NCBI RefSeq assembly: GCF_030028105.1
Contig: NC_092379.1
Location: 28,327,821 to 28,391,820 of the forward strand
DNA: 64,000 nucleotides
Direction of reading: 5' to 3'
Source of the DNA: Mobula birostris
Taxonomy: Eukaryota
Shown one piece after another: positions 26,850 to 38,682 of the stretch (the first letter of the stretch is position 1; every line of letters starts with the position of its first letter). The translations under genes were made by a program, and so were the position numbers. The notes under the pieces were generated by a model, which made no database searches, had not been told where the DNA came from, and worked only from the letters and a program-made list of their open reading frames with translations.

Positions 26850-27450
26850 GTTATACATTGCATTTCCGTTCCATTGCACCATCCCTAGTTTGGAGTGTAA
26901 AACTTTTTAACCAGCACTGGGTTGGGAACCAGATTACCTTCATTAATGATCACCAATCACTTATGTCTATTCTAGATCCAGATAAGCATGTTTCACTGTG
27001 GGTAGCGGTACGAATACAGAGACAAACAGCTGAAACAAACTGAAAACTTCTCAAACAAGGAGCACAATGTTTCAGTTTGAGGCAAATAGTTCTGGCGAGG
27101 AAATATGTTGGTGATCAAAAGCGAGTGTTTGAAAAGATTAAGGGCACAACTGGATCACTGCCCTGGACAGGAGAGATTATGTTCTATATCCTCCGGAGAC
27201 AACACATTGAACAGTTGGCGTAATCAGAATCAATCGATGAGAAGAGAGGCCTCCAGAGAAGTCAGAAAAGCCTTCTGGATTCCCAGACTCAATTCCTACT
27301 ACCCCAAAGTTGGCGGCCCCAGTCTGATATTGGTTTATTGCAACAAATTTCACCTGTCAGTTAGAATTATACTTCCACTACCCCTGACAAGAAAGAAGAT
27401 ATCCCACAGGTAAAGAGAATTATCCAGAGACAGTGAACCTACGAGTCTGA
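26850..27450 (+). mobile_element. Gypsy pol (RNase H region) remnant
   Basis: LVWSVKLFNQHWVGNQITFINDHQSLMSILDP...VAVRIQR resembles the Ty3/Gypsy RNase H motif (VWGVKKFHQYL.G..FTL.TDH.PL..I). Confidence 0.5.
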
Positions 27451-30400
27451 ATGGAGCAATTCAAACTTCACTGTGCTGTGGATGTTAATAGTTTAAATAT
27501 ATTGTTTGAGAAAGCATTATTTGTATGGTTACATAACTGATTACATGTTTCATAAACTTAAGTGCATGAGCGGCAAAAGTCATTAGGCCGCGCCATAAAA
27601 AGAAAACGCTAAGTAGAAACGGTTTCCATGCTCTCGTCTGCTCCTTAGATTATTTTGACTCAATAACAGTGAAGTCGGATATGAATCACCGAGTGTTCCT
27701 GGAAGCCAGATGGTGTTACGAACGCCGTCTTCCACTCATCTCCCTAGCGGTCTATAGGACCAGTCTGGTGAAGATCTGATCACTGGGAGTGTTTTAATGC
27801 ACGATCCATCAAGTGGACAGATTGGCATTCTTAATATTGATTTTGTAAAGTCTACAGTAGTGAATGCATGGATGAACACCACAATTTATTCTCTTTTCTT
27901 ACACATAAGGACTCTTCACCGGGGCTGACGACTGGGATTTTTGAATGTCGGCATTCCGTAGTGCAACGGAGATAAACTCATTCAAGGCTCTGGTCTCAGG
28001 ATGAGCGAAGTATAACAGACGAATCGGGGAGGGGAGATTCCCGGGAGTTATGGCCCTCCTGCTGCTGTGAGGCAGCATAATGCAGATTTCCATTTTACTA
28101 AAGGCAATGGCTAACTAAGAGTATTCCTGTGGGAATTTGGTACGGTCGTGAGATTTACCGGGTGAAGTCAATTGAAGTTGCAGGCAGATGGCTTCCCAAG
28201 CTCATCACTGAGCCTGATGACTCGGCGAAATGAGGGTGGTAACTCAATACGATATGAGTTTTGGGTGAGTCGGTAAGTAGGGATTTGTGGAAACGAGCTA
28301 TTTATTCTCCAATTCTCAAGTTCACAGGTCCTCTGGTCGTTCTGACCATCTTAGTCCCAACGGGAAGTCCATCACGTTCCGTTTATGCCGAGGAGGTAGA
28401 GATCAACTGGATAGGGAGTCGGACTTGCACACAGAGAGCCATTTCCAGAAGGTTGCATCCTGCACGGAGTCCATTGTGGATTTCTATACAGGTAGAGCAG
28501 TCGAGGTGTGGAGGAAGACAGAGTGAGAGAATCAGGCTTTGTTACAGGAAGGACAAAGAACGAAACTCCACTCCACCTGCTTGTGCCGTTTCTTGGATGT
28601 GTGGGTGATCGGAAGCTGCGTAGTAAGGGCAAATTATGTTACTGCACCAGTCCTTCATACTCTTCGGGGTGGGAGCTGAATGGGTCTGGCCAATGAGCGA
28701 TCTCCTGCTACCAGCTTTCGTTCTGTGCGCCTTGATAACGAGGATCCTGAAGCGTGAAATATTTCTGGGAACGAAACAAGCTTCCTGGATGTTATTTTAG
28801 GGGTTCGTCCCGTCAGCAAGTTGTAAATTATGATAGCTAGAAGTTTAGAAGTCTTTGTGTTCGTTCGGCCTCTCACCGGTGTACAACCGCACAACGCCCT
28901 GATATACTCTGATGATAATAGGCGAATAGCCCTTCCGCATTCCAGCCTAAAATTGACGATTTTATCGAGAACCGAACATGAAACACAGAAGCCGAAGTAT
29001 CTGATATGCTAAACACTTTCCACTCCCTTGATGGTCGAATAGCGGACGCAACTCAACAACGTATTAGTAATATTTATTACAAATAACGGTTTTATTTTCC
29101 CAATTAGAGGTGGCCCCGACAGGGTCCCAATTTATGAGAGCGATTAGGAGGGCTGTCTTGGCTCTCTACATGGAATATAGAGATAGCAGGATCTCGAAGT
29201 GTAAGATACCACTAGGACAGGAAGTTGCAACATCGTGTTGCAGATCTGTTGAAGCGTTCGTATACTGCAATGTTGGACTCAGAGCTAGGAGGTAGAATGG
29301 CGTTGTATTGCTGTTGCGATATGACAGGTTGTTTGAAATTGGCGAGCAGGTGATCAATGGTTTCCTGCTGCTTTGGGATCGTGTGCTTCTGTCGGCAGTT
29401 GATTTCATTTGGGAGAACATATTTTGTTGGGTCAGTAACTGGTGCACCCATCCTGTAAGTAATGCAGAACAGGCTTCACCTAAAAACCAGAGCAGCGGAT
29501 CCGACTTACAAGTAAACGCACACGCCAATCTGAAGATAACACATCCAAATATTCAATTGACGATGCAGATGGAGAAGAATTGTTGCCTCCACATTGTGGA
29601 CATTCTAATACGACTGACACCGGATGCTAGTATTGGATGCCAAAGTACACGGACTTATACATATAAATAATAGTCGCCATCACGCCTCACAACGTAGAGT
29701 TAGAACTGGAATAGAAGTTTACACACAATAGGACAACGGAAACGAATTCGTTCAGGACTAGCCAATGAAGAAGGACTGACCATGGGAATTGCGTATATAT
29801 GCCACTGGACTTGACATGTCTAGCGCCATTCCTCATGAAAATGACAGAGTTTGGCATCGACAGCTAGATTATAATCGACACTTTGACACTTGGAACCGGC
29901 AGTAAGTCGAGGGGAGTATATGCGGCATCAAGTATCGCATATTCTCTCATGTGGAATTTCTACATACCGATTAAGAAAGCTTTCCTGAGTACATTTTACA
30001 AGCTCCACTCATCGAGTCCTTTTACCGCATGGGAGTTCCAGACAATATGTGGGAAGCTAATATCACCTAGTTAACAACCTCGAGTTTCTTCCATTATTCT
30101 GCGACGTCTCGACAAATTTCTTCCTATAAGTCCCCGATTATTGACTGATCTGTAATATAGACCCATTGATGTGGAGTTGCCTTTCGCAATTCCCAGCCCA
30201 GCCATAACGTCTCACTTAGTTGAGTTATTTACATTGTACTGATTGAGCATTGTCACGAATTTTCACTGACTGGTAACGCAATCGTTTCTCATTTAATTCC
30301 TGTTCTTCTGCCGCGTCCGAAGCAAAGGAAACGCGGGATACTGAGTTGTTATTCCTACCAATTCTGCAACCAAGTCTCACTAATGGCTACAATATCACAA

Positions 30401-32198
30401 TTTCCTGCGTCTATCCATGCCCTGAGCTTATCTGACTTTGTAAAGAGTCCTCTAGTAGTGAAATAAACGCAGTTCAGGACATCCGGCGCAACATTTTCCA
30501 AATATTGATTGCTGATATTGTCTGAAATGTTAAGAACGTCTGTCTTTCTACTATCTGCTCTTACACTCTACCGCCCAACACTACCAAATCTTCAGAATAG
30601 GACATTGTCCCTCTTCTATTTTAATTGTAACCGTCTGTTCTGTACAGGACGCATTTTCCCTGGAAGACAGCTGAATAATCAAAAAATCGCATGTACTCCC
30701 TCATAGACCAACTTCGTATTTAAGTGCATCGTTTTCCAACTTCTGGCCTCACGAAGATGTGGCACAATGCTAAGATGACAGCTCTGGAGATTCTATCCTT
30801 TAGCATAGCATCCAACTTCTTCAGATCACTGCAGAAACTAGTGAGTCTTACTATTATTGTCATTGCTACTTACGTGGGCCACGACATCTGGCTGTTCAAG
30901 CAGCCATCTAAAATTCTGAAAAATCGATTCGGGAAGTCCTGGACACTGGCACTGTGGATCAACAGTTCCGTGCGAGCAGCACTTACTGGGCGACACAAAG
31001 CTTGCGATGGCGGTATTCAGCAGCAGTTCAAGAAACGCAGCTATGATCCGCGCAACTTGAATATGGCAGAAAAACCACACTACAGGAACAACATCGAGAC
31101 GCAACTTTTACCAACTACCACCTCAATTTACGACAAGGTCTGTACACCATCGCAGAACCAGAGCTAAAGGCAGTGAATTTTCCAACATCCTGCCTCTCTC
31201 CCAGACGAGCTAAATCTTTATACGCTTGATTCCCTGTTACCAATACTGAGCCCCTGAGGAGACCTGCAAATGAAGTGACCGACAGCCTGGTCATTTCTGA
31301 GGCTGAAATGCGCAGGTGTTTCCAACGAGTGAACATTCACCAGACTATGTGACCGGACGGCATCCCAGGGCGGGTTCTCATGACGTGCGCTGCACCACAG
31401 GCGGATTGGGTAACAGGCATTCATAATCTCTCCGTCTCCCAATGTAGAGTGCCATCCTGCATCAAAACATCGGTCATCGGTCATTGTTCCTGTATCTAAA
31501 ATGACCAAGGTAACATGTCCGAACGCCTGGCCTACTGTTGGACCCCCCTCGCTAACAAGCAACTGCTTTGAGGGGCAGTTAGGGACTATATCTGAGGCCT
31601 GCTACAACCAACACTGAACCCCCTACAATTCAGCTATCGACATAACCGTACAGTAGATGATGCAATAGCCCAATTTATGCCTGCCTCTTCGTTGGTTATG
31701 TGGAACAGTCTATGCTCCAAACCTATACTGGTACTGTTTCCCAACTTTTCCTTCGCTGCATTGACGGCTACATTTGTGCTGCTTCCTGCACTCCTGCAAA
31801 GTTCGTCAATTTCATCGACTTTACTTCAAACTTCCACCCAGCCCTCTAATTCACTTGGTCCATCTCGGACACCTCTCTCTCCTTTCTTGTTCACGCGGTC
31901 TCCATCTCTGGAGACAGACTGTCCACTGAAACCTTCTATAAGCCCACTGACTCTCATAACTAACTAGACTATACCTCTTCCCACACTGCCACATGCAAAA
32001 ATGTCACTCCTTTTTTCCAGTTCGTCCGTCTCCGCCGCATCTGCTCCCAGGATGAGGCTTTCCGTTCCAGGACATCTCAAATAACCTCTTTCTTGAAGGG
32101 CAAACAACAGGAATTCTGCAGATGCTGGAAATTCAAGCAACACACATAAAAGTTGCTGGTGAACGCAGCAGGCCAGGCAGCATATCTAGGAAGAGGTG

Positions 32199-32236
32199 CA
32201 GTCGACGTTTCAGGCCGAGACCCTTCGTCAGGACTA
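32199..32236 (-). ncRNA. Minimal type I hammerhead ribozyme (Penelope-associated), intact-looking
   Basis: Minus strand TAGTC-CTGACGA-AGG GTCTCGG CCT-GAA-ACGT-C-GACTG: full catalytic core, stem II AGG/CCT, palindromic ACGT helix III, GUC site, helix I TAGTC/GACTG. Confidence 0.8.
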
Positions 32237-33510
32237 ACTGAAGGAAGAGTGAGTAAGGGATTTGAAAGTTGGAGGGGGAGGGGGAGATCCAAAATGATAG
32301 GAGAAGACAGGAGGGGGAGAGATAGAGCCAAGAGCTGGACAGGTGATAGGCAAAAGGGATACGAGAGAATCATGGGACAGGAGGTCCGGGAAGAAAGACA
32401 AGGCGGGGGGGGGGGGGGAGGGACCCAGAGGATGGGCAAGGGATATATTCAGAGGGACAGAGGGAGAAGAGGAGAGCGAGAGAAAGAATGTGTCCTGGCC
32501 TGCTGCGTTCACCCGCAACTTTTATCTTTCTTGAAGGGGCTTGGTTTCCCTTCTGCCGTCATCTCTGATGCCCTCAGCCGCATCTCCTCCATTTTCCGCA
32601 CTTCGGCCCTCACCCCATCCTCCCGTCACCACAACAGGGCCAGAAATCCCTTTGTCCTCACCTACCACCCCACCAGCATCCGAATCCAGCAGATTATCCT
32701 CCACAACTTCCGCCACATTCAACAAGACCCCACCAATATGCACATTTTTCCTCTGCAGCCCTATCCGCCTTCTGCAGGGATCGTTACCTCCTCGACTCCC
32801 TGGTCCACACATCCCTTTCCACGGATCTCCCGCCCGGTACTTATCCCTGTAAGCATAAGTGCTACACCTGTCCCTACACCTCTCTTGCCACCATTCAGGG
32901 CCCCAACCAGTCCTTCCAGGTGAGACAACACTTCACTTGTGAGTCTGTTGGGGTCACCTGTTGCATCGGTGCTCCCGCTGCGGCCTCCTCTACATCCGTG
33001 AAACCCGAGGCAGATTGGGGGACCGCTTCGTCGAGCACATCCGCTCCGTCTGCCACAACAGACAGGATCTCCCGGTTCCCACCTCCTTTTATTCTGCTTC
33101 ACATTCCCATTCGGATATGTCCATGCATGGCCTCCTATACTGCCATGATCAGGCTAAACTCAGGTAGGAAGAGCAACACCAAATATACCGTCTGGGTAGT
33201 CTCCAGCCCCTTGGTATGCAAATTGAATTGTCCAACTTCCGGTAATTCCCTTCTCCCCATTCTCCCGTCCCAGTTTTACTCTGCCCCTCCATCAGCTGCC
33301 TATCACCTCCCTCAGGGTTCCGCATCCTTCTACTACCCATTCTGTTTTCCCCTATTCCTTCTTCACCTTTTTTGCCCATCCCCTCCCTGCTCCCCTTCCA
33401 TACCCCTTTAACTTTTCCCTTTCTGTTTTTTTTTTCACCTGGCTCCTAGCAGCCTTCTCCTTCCCACCCTCCCCCCACCTTCTCTATAGGGCCTCTGCCC
33501 CCTCCCTCTT

Positions 33511-33548
33511 CATTCCTGATGAAAGTTTCCGGCCCGAAACGTTGACTG
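33511..33548 (+). ncRNA. Degenerate hammerhead ribozyme in the Penelope 3' terminal repeat
   Basis: CATTC-CTGATGA-AAG TTTCCGG CCC-GAA-ACGT-T-GACTG: core retained, stem II disrupted, site is GUU. Confidence 0.6.
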
Positions 33549-36500
33549 ATCATTTCCCCTCCAACGTGTTGTGACTGTAGCTCAATACACCGCCCTTACA
33601 CATCTGGAGAAGCGGGTTGCCTATGTATGAATGTTGTTCTTGGACTACCGCTCATCATTCAAAACTGTAGTTCCCTCCAGGCTCAAAAAGAAGTTCAGAG
33701 ACTTCGGTTTTTACCCTGCCTTGTGTATCTAGATCCTGGACTTTCTGTCAGATCGCCGCAGCTGGTAAGACCGGGCTCCCTCACCATTGCTCCTCTGACC
33801 CTGAACACAGGTGCCCCAGGTCTGTGTACGAAGCCCCCTTCTTTACTCTTTGATTACCAATTACTGTGTCCCTATCTAGATCTCCAATCTGCGAATTAAA
33901 TTTGCTGAGGACACTACATGATTGACCTAAACTCAACCAATAATGAGGAAGGCTACAGAAAATAATTCACCACCCTGACACGGAGGCATCAAGAAAACAA
34001 CTTCTCTCCTAATGTCGCAGAACAAAAAAGAAAACAAAGAAGCTGGTTGTTGACTACAGGCAGAAGGGAGGCAGGTTAACCACGATTGACATCAATGGAT
34101 CTTGACACCTCAAGTTCTTCGGCATACACATCACTGAGGATGTGACTTGGTCGGTACATAACGGTTGTGTGCTAAAAAAGGCCAAAAAGCGCCCTTTTCA
34201 CCTCAGAGGGTTGAAGAAGTTTGGTATTGAAGTTCAAATACGAAGAACGTTCTACTTGGGCACAACTCAGAGCATCCTGACTGGCTGCCTCACTGCGTGG
34301 TGTTGGAACTGTACTTCCGTCAATCGCTGAACTCCGCTGAGAGTGGTGCGGGCAACGCATCTGTAGATGCGACCTGCCCACTATTCACGACAGTTACAAA
34401 AAGAAGTGTGTAAAAAGGGCACGAAGGATCGTTAGAGACCCGAGACACCCCAAGCACAAAATGTTCCAGCTGCTACTGTCCAGAATACGGGACTGCAGCA
34501 TAAAATCCAGGACCAACAGGCTCCGGAACAGCTGCCTCCACCAAGCCATCAGACGTATTAACTCATGCTGATAGAATTGTATTTCAATGTTATTTTCACT
34601 CCCCTGTTGTACATCGTATTTATTATATTTGTTTTCATAAAATACACATTGTATATTTAACAGGAAATGTAACGTGATGTACTCCTCATGTAAATGAAGG
34701 ATGTAGGTATTAAAGTCAATTCTATTCGATTCAATCTATTTTTCTTCTCTCTCACAGAAACAGACTCGATGCCGGAGAGTACAGCGCTGTGACGTTTCTC
34801 TGCTACCTCATGCCCCCAAAATTATCCAAAGTAGCATATCTGTTGTTGAGGGATTTTTCCACAGGGCGCTCTGCAGTGGCTGTTTAAGTCCTTTGTCTTT
34901 CTTGTCACCCACTTTCCTGCCTCCTGTAACTCTGGTGCACCCACCATCTTTATGCCCAATCTATCACGCCCTCAGCCTTTCGAAACCTCCAGCGTTCATC
35001 CAGTTCCAGCTTCAGCTCCATAAAACGGTGTGTAAGAATCTGAAATTGCATGAATTCCATCCATGAGTCGTCGTCAGTGATACTGGAGAACTCCGAGTCT
35101 TCTCTTCCAATATCCGGCAAGGAGTACATGCAAATATTAAGCTCTCGGTTATGATTCCGGCCAGGCACGCCGAATGATTACTCTTTCCCATACATGTTGC
35201 GTGGTCGCTGAGTTAGTACTGCATTTTTTGTGTGTTCCGTTCAAATTTTCTGCCTGGCATATTACAGTTCATGCTGAGCAAATATAAAGAATGGAAGAAA
35301 ATAACGAAGACAAACTACGGGGAAAAATCCCTGCTACATCTCTCATTCTCTTCATCACGCCTAATCTCGCTGAAACATCGAAGAAGGAATTCCTCAAGTT
35401 CATTTTCTAACAGTGTCGACTCAACCGACTGCCGTACCGCTTTCCCCTACCTCTTTCCAATTTGTTCTTGTTAATCAATCCATATCACTTTCTAAGACAC
35501 GAAAATGCCGCGAATTGGTGGGTTATAATTCGAATCGGCGAACGCGAGAGACCTCCGTCTTATCATCTTTGCGATCTCCAATTGACAGCAGTTTTAAACA
35601 CCAAATCGCCGCCAGCAGATGCCTTATTTGCTCAATCAGCTAACCTGTCAGAGCTATGTTTTCTCACGCCTTGTATCTCCGATAAGCTCTGGTTAAAAGA
35701 TCAAACAGCCGCCAGCTGATGTCGTGTATACTCAGTAGGCAAACTTGAGTGAGCTCCGTCCCAACACGGTTCGGATCTCCAACTGGCGGCAATTTAAATA
35801 CATATTTCATTAATATCCATTTCCAACAGTTTGCATACGCGATTGTTCATTGCACATCGTAGCCGAGATTTCACTGACATCATTTTCAATTGATTTATTT
35901 CTGTATTCATTTATTCAATCATTCATTCATTCATCTGTTAATTAAGTAACTGCATAATTAAATTATTTATTGCTTGTTTATTTATTTGCTAAAATTTCAG
36001 TACAGTTGGTGGCGTAATATTCAAGATTATGAAAGACAAATCGGTAACTGTGGAGGTACAAGGAAATTAAAGCTCTGCAGACTATTTTTGGTGAGATCAC
36101 TCCGGACCCTAATCTAATCACAAAACCCTAGACAAATCCACTTTCAATACTAAAACAGTGTATTCGTCTTCCTATTCGACTGTGGCACTCTGTATTTCCA
36201 CTTTTCCCTCAACCATGAGCTTTTTCCAGACCCACCAGTATTAAATACTTATTTTGCTTATTAATGTACCCGAGGTTCCTTCAGGTAGAACAGAGAAAAC
36301 AGTGGAGTACAGCATAACATTGAGCCTTCGGAATAGGGTGCGGTGGAGACCGATATAAATCAATTCATGATCCCTGTAACGTTTCGCCACACCCTGCACT
36401 TAGCTTTGTCCTCCATTTGTCCTATATCGATATGGAAGCAATTCTCTCTAATATCAGTTTATCAGTCTCTACCTGCAGCAGTTGCTGCGGAGTCCAGAAT

Positions 36501-37098
36501 TTTACAGGAGGTTTGCAGTGGAATTCTCCCTGATAATACTAGTAATATTAATAATAATAATGATAATAACATAATAATAATACGATATAGCCGGTGACAT
36601 CTCACTAAAACACTCTGCCACTCAACTTACTGCAAAGCAGTTGTCTCTTGCGCTGTCTTTTGCCGCAGTGGATATTATTTTATCCAAAACAGACTTCCAG
36701 ATTTTCCATAACCCCTGAACACAAACGACAAGATTGACCTCGAATGTGAATAAAAGGGAAAGAAAGGTTGCCTGTTTTACGCCTTTGGTCAAGCACACTC
36801 AAATTGATACTGCTTGGTGGCGGACTTCCTGTCATCCATACTTTCTGTGGAAGAAAAGTAGCCGTGAGGGATTGGTGCATTCAAACGCTGAATGTGCCAT
36901 CACAGTCTTCCTAGGCTGAGGGAGAGCTTGTCAGCCCATCCGGCGTACATGCCGTCAAGATCAAAGCATAGACTGATTTCCGTCACAAAATAAAAGAACT
37001 GAACCATAATTGAAAACTCGGGGCACCCGTGGCAACACCAATAAAGAACAAATAACCATTTTTTTTTCTTTGAAGAAAAGTGTCCGTTTCAAGGCGAA

Positions 37099-37175
37099 TG
37101 ACTCAGCCTCATCAATTTATAGGCCATCTCCGTCACACAGGTTGAACCATAGGAAGTCATGGGCGGGGCTTCCTC
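37099..37175 (+). promoter_or_regulatory. Candidate proximal promoter of NAR-TCR V
   Basis: TGACTCA (AP-1) 37099-37105, AGGAAGT (ETS) 37151-37157, GGGCGGGGC (GC box) 37161-37169 and TTCCTC (ETS/PU.1-type, reverse) 37170-37175, clustered about 160-235 nt upstream of the ATG. Motif matching only. Confidence 0.4.
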
Positions 37176-37333
37176 ACTCGGTTCAAAGACACGAAACAGA
37201 ATCAAAACCAACAACTGTCCCTCAACAACCTGTTGTTAACAGTTTACTCTCCATCTTTGCAGTACATTCTACCATAACTCTACAGGCCGTGAGCTTCATC
37301 TCCTCGACACTTCAGCAATATTCCTTGTTGAGG

Positions 37334-37808
37334 ATGGGAGTCTTCTTTGTTTTCACACTCTGGCTCTGCTTACGGCGTGAGTACCTTTTACCTATCCACA
37401 TTACATTTACTTTAAATCTGTCTGACCCTCTGAGATGCAACGGGCTTAGATTTTTCGTGTGGTTCGTCTATGACTGCAACTCAATTTTCTCCGTGATTTT
37501 GCTTTTATTCCTAGGTTCATTGAGTCAGTCGGTGACTCAGAGCCCGTCCATTGTAAACATGAATAAGTGTCAGACTGCCACCATCACCTGCAGTTTCAAG
37601 CCTGATTCTTCTGGTGAATATCGCTTTCTCACTGGAAAATTCTTCAGGCAGACCAACTCAGCGGCCGAACGGAAAGAAGTCACTCGCGGGGGGAGATTTT
37701 TTACTTTGATTAAGAAAACTGACATGCAGTTTTCGTTGGAAATTCGGGACCTGCGAGTGGAAGACAGCGGCACCTATTACTGTCAAGCTGTGTACAGATG
37801 GCGTGCAG
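37334..37808 (+). CDS. NAR-TCR (IgNAR-like) V gene segment: leader exon 37334-37376, intron 37377-37514, V exon 37515-37808; open frame
   Basis: Leader MGVFFVFTLWLCLR, phase-1 GTGAGT donor, TTTTATTCCTAG acceptor. V exon SLSQSVTQSPSIVNMNKCQTATITCSF...KFFRQ...RGGRF...FSLEIRDLRVEDSGTYYCQA. Only 48 residues from the Trp41-equivalent to Cys104 (59-60 in the other two V genes here), i.e. the C'/C'' deletion typical of IgNAR-type V. Extra FR1 Cys at 37568-37570. Followed by an RSS. Confidence 0.9.
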
Positions 37809-37846
37809 CACAATGATGGGCTTCGGCGTTGCGCTGTACGAAAACT
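37809..37846 (+). other. Recombination signal sequence (22-bp spacer) of NAR-TCR V
   Basis: Heptamer CACAATG 37809-37815, 22-nt spacer, nonamer ACGAAAACT 37838-37846 (consensus CACAGTG / ACAAAAACC). Confidence 0.8.
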
Positions 37847-38202
37847 TTCGCTGTAGCTTATTTCTGATTCAGATGGAGCAGAATGGATCTGCAGGTAAGT
37901 TCATCTTCCTGTCTCGCTGTCGATCCGTCCTAAAGTCCAGCTAGCTGTCAGTTTTTCTTTTTCTAATCATGTACATTCTTTATGTTCCGACTTCGCGTGT
38001 CCGCAGATTTTGCTCCCTGCCTGAGGTATGTGTCAATAAATGTCGACAGAGAATTAAAAAAAATACACATTCTTGTCGCCAACGAGAGACAGAATCGTTA
38101 TTGAACACATGGAACCAGAAAACGCCAGCGCTGCGAAATTAATTCCTGCTCGACTCTTTCATTGATTCGCCAGCAGATTTCAAATTCACGTAAGGTACTG
38201 TG

Positions 38203-38218
38203 TACATTTCGGAACGAA
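38203..38218 (+). other. D segment (TACATTTCGGAACGAA) of the NAR-TCR cassette, 12-bp-spacer RSSs
   Basis: 5' heptamer TACTGTG 38196-38202 (its nonamer AGATTTCAA at 12 nt is a poor match). 3' heptamer CACAGTG 38219-38225, 12-nt spacer, nonamer ACCAAAATA 38238-38246. Lies between V and J. Confidence 0.75.
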
Positions 38219-38638
38219 CACAGTGGAAGAGATCTGAACCAAAATAGAAAATAATAAATATATATATAACTCATTGTTTAAACTAGTTATTCTCCATATC
38301 CCATACAAAAAAAAATATAAATCTGACGTTGTTCACCTTCTAATCTGTTTAGATCATTTTAAATTTCCATATTGCATATGTATTTTTGATTGACACGTAT
38401 GCTACGTGTTTTTTTTTTTCTTCTCGGAATCGGTGTGCGGTGCGTGTTCCTATTTTACTTTCATTTGGTTTTGCTTTCTCACAAAGAACATGTCGACCTG
38501 CCGGCAAATGGGGAATATTCTGGCTATGTGTTGCATTAACAACCCTCGGAACATTGGGAATCCTATTGCAGCGTTTCTTAAACAGATTTACGTGAGTGTA
38601 GTTGTTGTATAGTGGAGACTGAGAACAGGATCATTGTG

Positions 38639-38682
38639 TATCAATGGGAGACTCATACTCTAGATGGAACAGGGACCACCCG
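38639..38682 (+). pseudogene. NAR-type J segment (YQWETHTLDGTGTTR), apparently truncated and out of phase
   Basis: Nonamer AGTTGTTGT 38600-38608, 23-nt spacer, heptamer CATTGTG 38632-38638. DGTGT motif resembles the IgNAR DGAGT J motif. GTAAGT donor at 38683. Lacks the usual L-x-V tail, and the donor is phase 2 in the DGTG frame. Confidence 0.7.

Larger units (their letters stand above)
31675..33577 (+). mobile_element. Penelope-like element (RT C-terminus + GIY-YIG endonuclease + terminal repeat)
   Basis: FQFVRLRRICSQDEAF; FVLTYHPTSIRIQQII; CSRCGLLYIRETRGRLGDRFVEH (GIY-YIG); pyrimidine-rich 3' region with hammerhead core. Flanked by TAGCCCAAT (31666-31674) and TAGCTCAAT (33578-33586). Confidence 0.85.
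30700..34740 (+). mobile_element. L2-clade LINE split by a Penelope insertion
   Basis: WINSSVRAAL; GPDGIPGRVL; PLQFSYRHNRTVDDAI before 31675. Resumes HTALTHLEK, TLNTGAP, KFAEDT and KKAKKRPFHLRGLKKFG after 33586. (TCTAT/TCAAT) tail ~34720-34740. Confidence 0.8.

Noticed and set aside
32153-33411. Several 100-256 aa ORFs as host genes
   Set aside because: All are frames of the Penelope element and its nested antisense fragment.
37010-37333. N-terminal extension of the 268-aa ORF
   Set aside because: Starts at a non-ATG codon in promoter/5' UTR sequence; the real start is the leader ATG at 37334.
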